The position numbers and the translations under genes were made by a program. From contig OZ199838.1 of the NCBI GenBank assembly GCA_964304625.1, positions 5,810,443 to 5,874,442 on the forward strand: DNA of 64,000 bases, read 5' to 3'. Under the pieces are notes generated by a model that saw only the letters and a list, made by a program, of their open reading frames with translations, ran no database searches and had not been told where the DNA came from. Shown here in pieces: positions 42,350 to 54,373 of this stretch. Each line of letters starts with the position of its first letter. Positions within the stretch are counted from its first letter, which is position 1. The DNA is from Kudoa neothunni (lineage: Eukaryota > Animalia > Cnidaria).

Positions 42350-43603
42350 CAGTGTTTCAAATTCAAGATACATAAATGTCCGATCAAGATCCATTATTTA
42401 GAAAATAGGTAATTATTAATATTAGAAATAAGTCAATTTTCAATAAATTCGTTGCCTAAGTATCGTGGTAAATAACTCTCCGCACGATTACAATAGTTTT
42501 GATATTGTGTAAACGTCATTTCATTCGGATTAGACTTCATCGCCTTTATATGTTCAGTTTTTGTGGTTGGATTCATGTGTCCCACTATTATTTTAATTGA
42601 CTGAAAAGTTCCTCGATTGGGTTAAGGAATGGGGATTATGGCGGTAGAAACAGAATCGAGTGATTTGTTTCTGCCACAAGATCCATGATGTAGTCGGTTT
42701 TGTGGAACCTTACATTGGCCATTATGAGCAATGTATTTGTTACACCGTTCAACTGTAGCTCCACAAAAAGTTGGATTAAATACTCAGAAAATATATTTTC
42801 ATTTATTGAGCCCTCGTGTACGTAGATTGACCATACTTTCTGGGAGCTCGTTGCGGCTATCAATGTAATATTTTTGGAATGAATGGTTCCCACGTATAAA
42901 CTTGCTCTATATCCAATAGGGGGCCTTCCAAAAAAACGTCTCATTGATAAGGAGAATCCTGCTTCGTCAATATAGAGAACAAGAGAATAATTTAGCTTTT
43001 GTTGAAGGTATTTTATTACATAACTAATTTAGATTCCATTTTAATTTATTATAGATAATTTACTATTTTCTTTCCCCTATATTCTCGGGTAGGTTTGTAC
43101 CAACAGGAACTATGGGAATTTTTTTAATGAATAGTGAATTCCTTCGAGAACATTAGTAATCGTTTGTCTGGATACACTGATATTAAATTTTGAATTTAAT
43201 ATTTGCCCTAAAGATTTTAATGTTATAGTGCAATCGTCGTCAACGAGTTGTTTTAGGAATTTTTTGTGTTCGTCGTATAATAATTGACGTTGGTTGCCTT
43301 CCATTTTTTTCTTTTCCACGCTTCCTGTAGAATCCTTCAATTTAAGAATTCCTGTGACAGTAGTTGGATGTACTCCAACATATTTGGTAAGTTGTTAGTT
43401 TAGTTTGGACCTTTTCCTTAATATTATATAGCTAATTAATAACAAATAACGAACTTCTGATAAATTTAGAATTAAATCTCATGTAATCATATTTGTTGTG
43501 CTATATTTGCTTTTTTTCGTGGTTGAATTAGTTATTATATCGGCTAAATCTATGAGATTTGCATCATGATCGAACATCAGTGCATCTTGAATTTGAAAAA
43601 CTG
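42350..43603 (-). mobile_element. Tc1/IS630-like transposon, degenerate
   Basis: About 41-bp TIRs cagtgtttcaaattcaagat / atcttgaatttgaaaaactg with TA TSD. ORFs 43110-43340 (HTH) and 42636-42944 (IMANVRFH..ILFLPP), plus YIDEAGF and PFLNPIEE. Confidence 0.92.
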
Positions 43604-43609
43604 TATTAT

Positions 43610-45082
43610 CTATAATTATGAAACCACAAAAAATCCAAATATATAATAAATAAAACCGAATCAATTTCCAATTATAAGTTTTTGTTATGCTCTCTATATA
43701 GAACAATTCATAATATCGGTGATAATTCGACCCTATTTCCTTTAATGTTGTAAATTTTTCAATGAAGAAAGATTTCACATCTGAAAATTAATATTGTGTT
43801 CAATAAGGCTCTGCGTCTCTTTTAATTTCTCAAGGAATATTGGAAATCCAAGTTGCGCTTGGTCAAAACGGTCGTAAAAGTGACGATGAAAATTCTCGAC
43901 AACATTAATTGTTAAATCAGTTCCATCCATACGTATTCCATACGCATGGATGATAAATTTTGATACTTGTAATTAGGAATAAATTTATTTTCGAAATAGT
44001 TAATACATTAAGATAATTCATTTATTTCAAGATGTTTGGATTTTTTCCTTTAATTTTTAAAATTAGTGTTTTATTTTATCGGGTGGTACAAGGGCTAACG
44101 ATGTAAAACACTTGAAAAGTAGGCGAAAATCAGAATCGTCGCAATATCTGGTCTTCAAACCAAAATTTGGGATTTTTCTCCATATACATTGTCTAAAATG
44201 AAATAAATAATAAAATATGCTAGAGTGTTTTGATGTCTTTTTAAAAGCATTGCAAGCGGGACGTTCGAAATCAATTTTAATACTTTGGGGGAATTGAATC
44301 TTAATCTTGTCTTAATATCAATAAAACGTTTTCATAGCTTTCTTGAGATTTATCAGTCATTCAGACAAAAACCTGCCAAATGTTTTTCCGTGGATTATGT
44401 GTACTTGATAAAATTCATTAGGGTCACATTAAATGTATCATGAGATACTCACGTTTCGCAATTATTTAGGTGTAGTATATTATTATTTGTTGTGAATATT
44501 ATAATTCTATTGGTTGACTTGGACCCAGAATCATACAAACAAAACTGTTTTTGCCTATGCGTAACAATGTTTTGTTTAAATCAATCGATTTCCAAATCCA
44601 TAGTAACATGATTTCTCTCTCAAGCGTTCTGGATGTTTTTGTAAATATTATTTTTGGGGAATTATGGGTATTTCACTTATTCTGTTTGACGTAGTTTTTA
44701 TTAAATAAATTTTTGAGGTTGGATAACGACTATTTTCAGCCAGTAATTTTACGTCACAATGAAAAATCTTTTTATTGATTTCTTCGTCAGATACTGTGTG
44801 CTCGTGATAACCTATTTTCTCGGTGTTATCAATTTTATCACTAAGCGTTGTCGATAATTGGCTCTTACATTTCCTGACGTTGCATCTCCAATACCGTGTA
44901 TTATTCTTAGCGTAATCTTTAACATAAAAAAATCCTTCGTGAGGAATTTCATTGCTTCTGCGTTGTGCTTTTAGTAGAACGTACTTATTATTGGAATTGT
45001 CCTTTCCCACCATAGCTTTGTTTGTCACTGACCACTGCGTGTGCGTTGTGGGTTTCGTCGCCACGAGCTTTAGCCGTCTCAC
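43610..45082 (-). mobile_element. Degenerate FLYWCH-MULE transposase
   Basis: FLYWCH zinc finger EGFFY..YWRC..KCK..HEH in ORF 44648-45082. Downstream fragments KIDFERPACNAFK, FHFRQCIWRKI..GL and SLALVP. TIRs were not found. Confidence 0.82.
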
Positions 45083-45100
45083 TTTTATTCATGATTACCA

Positions 45101-46532
45101 TCTATATATACAAATATAAAGTTGGGATCTCATTTAGTATAGGCTCCCTAATTCTTCAATGCACAATGAAGATTATTGTGTTTATTAAGCAGTCGTGTAT
45201 ATTAGACGAAAAATTTATTTTTAAAATTTTGATTCCTTCCAGATGAAAAGGGCAAATAAGATTTTTTGAGACCACTACTGACGAAAACAACTGTAAAAAA
45301 ACGCTAAAAGTGGGATGGCCACACGCTCCACAATTACCATAAAGTTCAGCCTATTGTTGTTGTTGTTATTATTATCGTCTATTTAACCTCCATTCATTTT
45401 CAAATAGATGTAGATACCATAATTTAAACCAACTCGATTTCCGCAATTAGCTATAATACTCACACACAAGTGGATCCAAACCAGGCGGGAAACCTAACCC
45501 AATTATACCGATAAAATACGGAGGGCGAGAAAATTGTGGAGTTTCTCGTGAGCAACGATGATGGCTAATGATGTATTCACATGTTTCGACCGTGTTTATT
45601 GATTCATATGATTTAAATCATTATTTTTTGGTTGAAAAATAGGGGATTGGTCGGATGTACGCTCTTGTAGCTACACTTTATTGTATTTGCAATATTATCG
45701 TTTTATTTATTATAGAGGCTAAGACAATTTTCAATGTTAAGGTCTATTAATATATATGTTCATGATAGTTTAAATAATGCAGACGTCGAAGGATTTAAAG
45801 TTGACTAAGGCATATTTTTGCTGTGGTACGGCAGGTACCCCACGTCGGACCACGCGTAATTTTTTTGACGCAGTACGGAAAGGGTTAAAATAATATACAA
45901 CATTCGTTTTTGCTTTGGGGGGGGGGGGACTCGATGTAGACGAAGATTTGTTGTTTTAACGGGAGATAAATCCAGTTGGAAAAATTATTTACTTTGCGTG
46001 TTTAATTCAAGATAAAATGTTCATTATTTTGTATATGAATTTAAAACTAAGTTAACACATTTACGCTATGTATAAAACTGTAAAAAATCATCAAATTAAT
46101 GGGTTAATCGATGGGTGGGTTAATGCCATCAATACGCCACACGAGTGGAAAGAACTTATGATTTTTAAATAAAAATAAGGTCCACTACCGGTGAAAATGA
46201 TGAAGATCGGGATATTACTGTTTATTTTGATTTACTCTACCTCCAAAATAACGATCCTGCGATTACAATTTTCGTTTTATACTTTGATCGAGGGGCCAGT
46301 TAAAGATAAATATTATTTTTCTTGTAAGTTATTCTAAATGCATACCATCACTCTGAGGAGAAGCTGGGTACATGACACGAGTAAAAGTTTTTTTGTATTT
46401 AACAAATTATGAATTTATACAGCTCATCCGAAGGTTATATATAGGGAATAATGTATTCTTTTTAATTTTTAAAAATATTTCTTTTTAAATTTAAATTAGT
46501 CAACCCGGCCAAAGCCGAGGTTTTTTCGCTAG
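45101..46532 (+). mobile_element. Probable non-autonomous Helitron
   Basis: 3' GC-rich hairpin acccggc-caaa-gccgaggt followed by CTAG|T at 46529-46533. Candidate 5' end A|TCTATATATA at 45101. The 3' end is better supported than the 5' end. Confidence 0.55.
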
Positions 46533-47184
46533 TATTTATTATAAAACCCCCATTATGCATAACAATATTATTATACATAATTTTAAAATTGGACAATATC
46601 ACCGCGCATTTGCCGCGGGAAATATGCGCATGCATTCAATCATACAGCGTATATATAAAGGTTTTATTGGAAATCAAAATTATATGAGACGTAAAATATA
46701 TCTGTATTTTGAATATGTACATAAGATATTATGCCATATTTGTAACTGACTTGTATTTAAATTTACAAACAAAGTTTAATCCATTTAAGTTTATAAAGCC
46801 AACGAGGTACGAAATATTGTGGTCTAGCCTAGAAGAAACCTAAAATATCTTTTCACGCGATATTTCTCCCAGAGATATAGATAATATTTATAGGTTTTGT
46901 TAAGAAGTTTCGTCATGTGTTCATAAATAGTCGATTTCATAGGAAATTTTCTTATCTGTACAGATATAACAAAATTATAGAAAATTATCGATAATTCTTC
47001 TATATGTTTAATTATTACATAATATATATATGACAATGATAATAATTAATAATAATAACAAGCACCAAGTGTTTTCAAGGTAAAAAAAGAAAAAGTTTTT
47101 GACGCACTAAGAGAATTATTTAAGAAATTAAACGAATCCTGTACTTAAGGGGAAATCATGAAACAAATATAATTTTTTTTATTT

Positions 47185-47210
47185 AATTGATTGATTGATT
47201 GATTGATTGA
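47185..47210. repeat. (ATTG)6 microsatellite
   Basis: Read directly from the sequence. Confidence 0.8.
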
Positions 47211-47502
47211 GGATTTGGAACTATTTCGCCTATTTATTGTCTCCGATATTATAATAAGATGATCCGTTATCACTTAAGGTACCTAAACGGAGATATTATA
47301 TTAAAATAAAAAATTTCCCTGTAGTTATGTAATTTGTTTATTTTCTCTGTGTCGGAATAACATTTAATTTTTTCGTTTATTAGTGTATTCATTAATTTAA
47401 ATCATTGTATATGAAAACGCTTGACACTGAAGAGATAATTTGAAAAAGAGACAAAATAACTCGGCAAAATGACGAAAAGCTAGGAAAACACTATAATTCA
47501 AA

Positions 47503-47523
47503 CATGCGCAAGTAAACGCGCAG
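47503..47523 (+). promoter_or_regulatory. catgcgca...CGCGCAG motifs 15-35 nt upstream of the INTS1 ATG
   Basis: Shared heptamer at 47517-47523 plus an adjacent GCGCA half site. Confidence 0.4.
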
Positions 47524-47538
47524 ACTCCAACCCATTAA

Positions 47539-50500
47539 ATGCAGCCGCCAGGTAAGCGAACTAACAAGCGAAAGGCAAAATTAGATGAAGGTAGCGAAGA
47601 ATTTTACATTCCACTTGGTGGAAATAATTCCAAAAAAAAAACAAACAACTCCAAAGTTAAATCCAGCTCTGCCAAACCCGCTACATCTACATCTGTTCAG
47701 AGAAAGAAAATGAAATTGGATGTGGATAGTAGTGGAAACAGCAACGAGCAAGATAATGTGATGGTTGAGTCTGCAACTACATTTTCTCTGGACCTTCCAC
47801 AACCGGTTTCAGTTGAAAGCCCGCAATTTTTATCCGATTGGACTACTTTTTTTGATATTATATTCAACTACATGAGCAATACTGATAACAGCGAAAATGA
47901 GGGTTTCAACAAATCTATCGATACAATTGTTGGAGCATTGTTGTCACTGAAGCGTAAATCTGGACAAACAGTCGACAACAAAACCAATTGGAATATTTCT
48001 AACGATTCGATCAAGCATATTACAGCTAGCTGTTTATTATTAGCTCGTGCATATCCTCAATTGTTTCTACATCCTGCGGTTTTATATGAGGTGTCATCTT
48101 GGTTGATGTGTAATGCTATACATGTTACCAAGTTCCGTAACTTTTCTGTGAACAACAACTTTTTGGCCCTCTACTCCATCAATCTTCTCTATCTAGCATT
48201 GAATGGTCAGATGTGTTGGCCACCATTTCTGCTAAAGTTGTTGGTGGATGATGTGGATCGAGTATGGTCCCACAATCTGTCCACAGTTGAATTTGTGAGT
48301 CAGCTTATCACCGGGTTCGAAACTTCGCTTCCTGACCCAGATTATTATTGTCAGCTGATTAAAATGATTTATCCTAACACCATCACCAACGCTAACACCG
48401 ACAGTTGTATCAATGATGATGATCGACATTTCATAGAATTATGCAGGTGTTATAATAAATATTGTGGTCCGCCTACTGGAGATCCCCACAACACCAATAA
48501 AAACACCAACTTCCGGACTTTTCGCAGCCGTTTCTTTCCTAGTTATGACTGGAGATCTGACACCACCAATAACAGCGGCCTTTTTGAATTTTATCGCTGC
48601 GTTAAAGATACTGTTCTGGCTGCCATAAACAAAGATCGTTCCAATGGTAACCATGGTAATGGATCCAACAATTCCGTCTCTACAACATCAACCCGGAAGT
48701 TTTTATCATCAACAGGTCTGCAAACTGTGACTTCAGATTTCGCATTGAATGGCGGTCGAAACAAACAATTTTTGGCGTTGGTCACATGCGGTATACCAGA
48801 AGTACGTCAAAGCGTATCAGAATGTTTAGATGTGTGGTTGAACAACCCAAGATCCACTAGAATGGCTATATCTATATTGGTGACACTGCTGGAGTGTACA
48901 CGTTTCGATAGTTACAATCAGTTAGCTGATAGTGAAATATTTTCCAATATACTTCGAATGAAAATCACATCAGGAGATATGGTCAATATGGTGGCCAATG
49001 CTATTTGCATGCATATATTATCGAAAAATTCTGAACTAATCATAACAATGTTGCATTTGATTTGTTCCAACGAAATCACGGCTATTTCGGCTGGTGATCA
49101 ATCAATGGACAATTGGGGTCATCACCACACCTCGCTATACATGTCCACCAAAATTATTCATATGATATTTGATACGCAATCGGAAGTATTGAATGAATTT
49201 TTTCCATTGGTATGGCATCACCAGTTGGCGTCGTGTAAATCGTTCCTTAACAATCCCCCAGTGTATCAACAATTGATTGGGTTATTTCTCAAGTTGACAT
49301 CCCATCCTAATTTTGATGTGATTTCGTTTGTTATCTCGATGTTGGAATTGTTAAAATCGGATGCTAATTCGAGTGGTGGTGAAGAGAAAGAGATTATAGA
49401 ATGTGAAAGTGGGGAGAATCGAAATGATACGACTGCTCCGCCTAAACGCAACTGTGGCAGCAGCCGAAGTGATACAACTACAAACTCCAGAATGACTTAT
49501 GATGGTTCTGTTTTGGAAATGTTGATAGATCAAGTGTTGCATTATATTTTGCTTCATTCAACCTTATTTTTACAAAGTGTCGTTGGCAATGACACACTTA
49601 TCAACGAACCCCAACAAGTGAAGACACTTTACTCCGAAATTTTTGAAAAAATCTACCCGAATTCAGACTCAGAAACTAACAACATGCTTATTGGTTATTG
49701 TATGAGTGAAGTACAATGCCTTGTGTTGGAATTTTTAAAGTTACCATTAACATTTGAACACAAGCAGAAATCAGATTCGAAACCTAATGTTGTTAATTTA
49801 TTGGTTGAAAAATTGTTATTTATTAATGGCGACCAACATTTCTACTTTGACCTGTTGAAAGAAAGCATAAAAAATGATTCTTGTGTTCAGTTAGCGTTGT
49901 GTGTATTATCGCTAAATCTGTTTGTCTACAAACTTAACAATGAGAACGCGAGCCAGCCTATCTATCCTGTTTTTGATGGGCTGTATGAGTTGGCTTTACA
50001 TTCGAAAGGTTTGTTATCGATGTTTGTTCCTGTGATGAACAACCTTTGTGAGGAATTGTTATGTCTTGCTCGGGACAATTATGACAATACTGACATTGGA
50101 GTCGCCCAATTAAAAATTACCAATTGTTTGAATGACTTTGGTACATTTTTTCTGGACAATGACTTCATTGCCAGGATTGTTGAGGCAAGTTATTACGATA
50201 GCGAATTTAGCAATCATTACAACCTAACAATGCATGACCTTGGTTTTGGTTCCAATTTTATTCGTCATGAAAACTACTGGAATCTGCAACAGTTGCTTCT
50301 GTTAATGTCACTAGCCTTCCCTAGCTCAATTGGAGAACATGTTTGGCTGATGTTTAAGGAATTTCGTGGGATTGTTGTTGATTTCCTCACCGACACATTC
50401 GAGCATCATAATCCTTCGAAAAATAATAAAGACAATGAAGTATTGTATTTGTCATCACAGCAACAACGATCATCTATTATTCCTCAGGATATGGATATTC

Positions 50501-53500
50501 TGCCCTATTTTGAAAATTTCATAAAAGCATGCGAACAAAACAGCATTGTTCCTCCTGAAGTGTTTCGTAATTCAATCGCCGCATTCAACAATGACGAAGA
50601 CTTCGCAAATGTAGATGTGGTGTATCATATAGTTGACATTGGCTCAATTTTTTTCGGAGTGCCTCTCTGCGAATATGAAAGATTCAGAAAGTTAGGAGTT
50701 CGAAATGAAATTAAGCGCCTATTCTGCGAATGCAAAGAACCTGACTACTTATCGGAATATTTGCGCGATCTTTACAAACACAAACCCTTTTCTACGTTCA
50801 GCGAATTCTGTACCAGTCTCTTGTTCCTGCCTCATTACGTTGAAATAAATGTGCATCTGTTGGATAAAATTAGTTGCGCCGCCCTTGTTTATTATCTGCT
50901 ATTACAACCCACCACCTCTTCTTCATTATCTAGTGATAACCTTCAACTTACTAATTCCATATACGAGTCGCTTAGTGGGGTTGTTATCAAATCCATCCAG
51001 GGTGATAATATTTACCATGGCAACAGTACTTCTGTTGAGTGCGACTTTAACGTTGAAACTATGGTTGTAACAACCAACAATGGAACAGCATTGAATCAAT
51101 TACTTCATCACATTGCTAAGATTCCAGTTGTGGAGGTTCAAAATAAATTGGTATATTTGCTTTGCAAATTGTTCACGTTGTTGTCTCAACGTGTCTCACT
51201 CAACAATAATTCTCATGATTTGCTTCAATTTTTAACAGTTGAACAAATAGTTAAATATTTATTTTGTGTGAACGCAAACGTTGGTTTACATTATGTGAAA
51301 TTTATTATGGGTTTTTTGATGCACACCTCTGAATACGAAATCGTTTCTACATCCATTTGTATGGTGGGATTGATTTTCAAAGAGTTGGCTGATGAAATTG
51401 TTAATCACCCAGAAGTGCTGTCAGCGTTGTATGACTTTCTCAGCCAGCGTCAAGAGTTAATACGCTATATGGCTCTAGATGTAAATGTTTCGCATGCACT
51501 TGACACTTTTTTACTATTAACCACGACAAATCAAACTGCCGTTTTGCAAGAAGATTTAAATGGTGCCGATTTCGCTCAAGTCAGAAAAGTGTTATTGGCC
51601 TACTTAACTCTTTTGAACGTGAAACAATTTCGAGATCAAACCCATTCAGAATCAACACAATATGACTCCAGAACGATCAAACAAGCATTTCAAACTATTG
51701 ATAACTATTTTTTTGGATTGTTAAAAGTGGAATTTCCTCCGGAATTGATCCAGCAATTATTGATATCTACGGACATTGTTCATCTTACATCAGGCCTCAC
51801 TTCCACTGTTTCTCCTATCAAGTTGCTATTAGATTGGATTCGACGAGCTTATCATTCGCACATTAAGAAACAATTACAACTTGTGTACAAACTTCTTTGG
51901 TATTCGTATAACAATCAAATTGGCTTTATGGAGGTGGTGGTTGATTTTATATTCGCCAAACTACTCGAACTCAAATCTCCAAACTCACCACTTGTTCCAT
52001 CCTACGATGATGGAGAAGGTAATGATGATGAGCTTTTAAAAATAACCACGTTGTGCCTTATCACAGATATTTACGACGTGTTAATGTTGTATTGTGAGAC
52101 TAAGTTATATTGCTGTCTAAATGAGGACATATTGCACCAACGTTTTGATCCCGTTCGAAATCGTTTGAGAAATTTGGAAGAATCCACTACGATACAAAAT
52201 ATTGATAGCTCAAACGACAGCTTTGTTAATGTATCTCAAGTATGCAAAGAGGGGGGCGCTGAAGGAAGTCAGGAGTCTGCACCACCCCTAGTTATTCGTG
52301 ATGAGGATCTAAAAGCGTTACAGGGTATTGCCAATACAACATCATTATTTACGAACGATAGGAATGACAATGAAAGTCATACACATGACAGTGTTCAAAT
52401 CTATGATATTAGTAACATTGATAGCGGTGTTTTATGTAAGACACTCTCAAACAATGAAGCATTGTTTGATGATGGATTAGTTGTTCCCCCAACCAAAGTA
52501 ACAGCCAAATTATCCGATGTGATTTCAGGCTCGCTATTACTGCCACAGGAGAAATTACCAAATTCGACCATTATTGATATCTTTTCGAGTTGTGATCGCA
52601 CTAATGAATTGATCAATAATACACGTTTCGATGTCATAAATCGAATAATTTCAGGCGTTATTAATGATGTTGACGAGAAATCCTTTAGTCCGGTCGCGGT
52701 TGGAAATATTCTCCGCACTTATGAGTCCTTATCCGTGCATTCATCATTGTGGATGGATGATGACCTTGAAAAACAAACTAAAATCATCTATATTCTGAAA
52801 CATTGCTCCACTACCACCACTGAAATCGTGGTCGCTCATTTGATTAAGTTATTGATTTATGAATTTATCGCTGTCACTCAGTCCACTCAGGTGGCAACTC
52901 CTGCCGATGGGGTAGATGATTACTGTGAAAGTAACAATCACAGTAATGAAGGTACTATAAGAGATCGTGTTTCAAGTTTGTTGCTGCAACGAATCCATTT
53001 TTGGAAAGCCGTGTTCAAGTTCAATTCGTCAAATTTATGTGTTACTCTGTTGAAGTCACTGTTAAGTCAATATCTGAGCCAAAACAAGTCAACTCCGTCT
53101 CAACGTGCCAAAATAGAACCTATTTTGGCATTCTTTTGCTTGAATCTTCCAGGAGAGATGGAAATTTTTGCAGAAAAGCATCTTTCCAGTATGAGTGTTG
53201 ACAGCATTCGCAGTTGGATTTCGTCAAATGTGTGCTGTATCAACGACTTGAAAATGAAGATGATTATAGATAATTTCTCACGTTCTTTCTCAACCATAAC
53301 CACCCTTATTTATAGTCAAGATGCCGTATATATTCTACAGTTTGTCAAGTTGGCAAAAAGTTGCACTTTGTTGTTGGCTAGACACTACGATTACTTTCTT
53401 GATCAATGTGTGGTTTCTTTGCGCGAGTTCTACTGCAACTATCGATCTGAATTCTCGTCTGTGTATGTGGCCACCACTAGAAAAAATCCAGAACAGAACT

Positions 53501-54276
53501 TCGATGACAACCTTACTTTTGTTGATGGTGCTGGTGAATTGGGCGGAGAAAAGTCTATGCTGAATGATAGCAGTCATTTCTCACAATCACTTTCATCTGA
53601 AATTGCGCCTGTTCAGTGGGAAATTGTATCCACCAATCTGAAAATTCTTCAACAAGTTGTTACACATGTCATGACGTTGGTTACTGAAACCGCTGAACGT
53701 CAACGGCGATCTAATGAACTTCTTTCTGTGATTGACATGTTCCAGAGTTCAATTAAAGGAAAACTTCAAAACTTTGGGGCGTCGTATGGTCGCATGTTGA
53801 ATGGCATCGAATTCGAAATCCCAAATTCCAATGCAGTGTGCCGTTTGATTGATGCTATCAATCCTGATGATAATACTATACCGATCGATCAAATTCTTAA
53901 AACGCGCAAAGTCTCGCCTCAAGATGTTTGTCTGTGGATGCTATCCAATTACAACTCCTCTAGATATCACTTTTTTGAACTCTTGAAAGATGTTGGTCTA
54001 GCTATACTCAACACTTTCGAACGTATCACTCTAGAATCCAACGATCGAAATAATCTGTTTTCAATGTTGCTGCCAATTATTCCTGTAATCCCAAAAGTGT
54101 GTTATGCCAAAATATGTAAACAACTACTCAATACAAATATATATTATCACAACGAAACAAACAAGGTGGGTCAATTTTCTTAATTGTAAAATTAATATTC
54201 AATTATTTAGAATCAGGCGAAAGACGCTTTTGTAAAATGTGTACTAGATCGATACAGTGCAACTATTGATTTCTAA
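47539..54276 (+). CDS. INTS1: Integrator complex subunit 1 (highly divergent, about 2230 aa)
   Basis: WPPFLLKLLVDD..RVW and LVTCGIPEVRQSVSECLDVWLNNPRSTRMA match the conserved N-terminal INTS1 blocks, and the size fits. Exon 47539-54165, predicted intron 54166-54210, last exon 54211-54276. Confidence 0.85.
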
Positions 54277-54373
54277 GTTGTTTACTAGACCAACTTTATA
54301 TTTTGTAGTATATAATGTATTTTTGTGATATTTATTTGTCTAAATCCGCCTGTTCATTTCATTATTCCCTCAA

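Noticed and set aside
47581-53577. Many short antisense or alternate-frame ORFs inside INTS1, RPLP0 and CAMSAP
   Set aside because: These are shadows of real coding sequence with no recognisable motifs.
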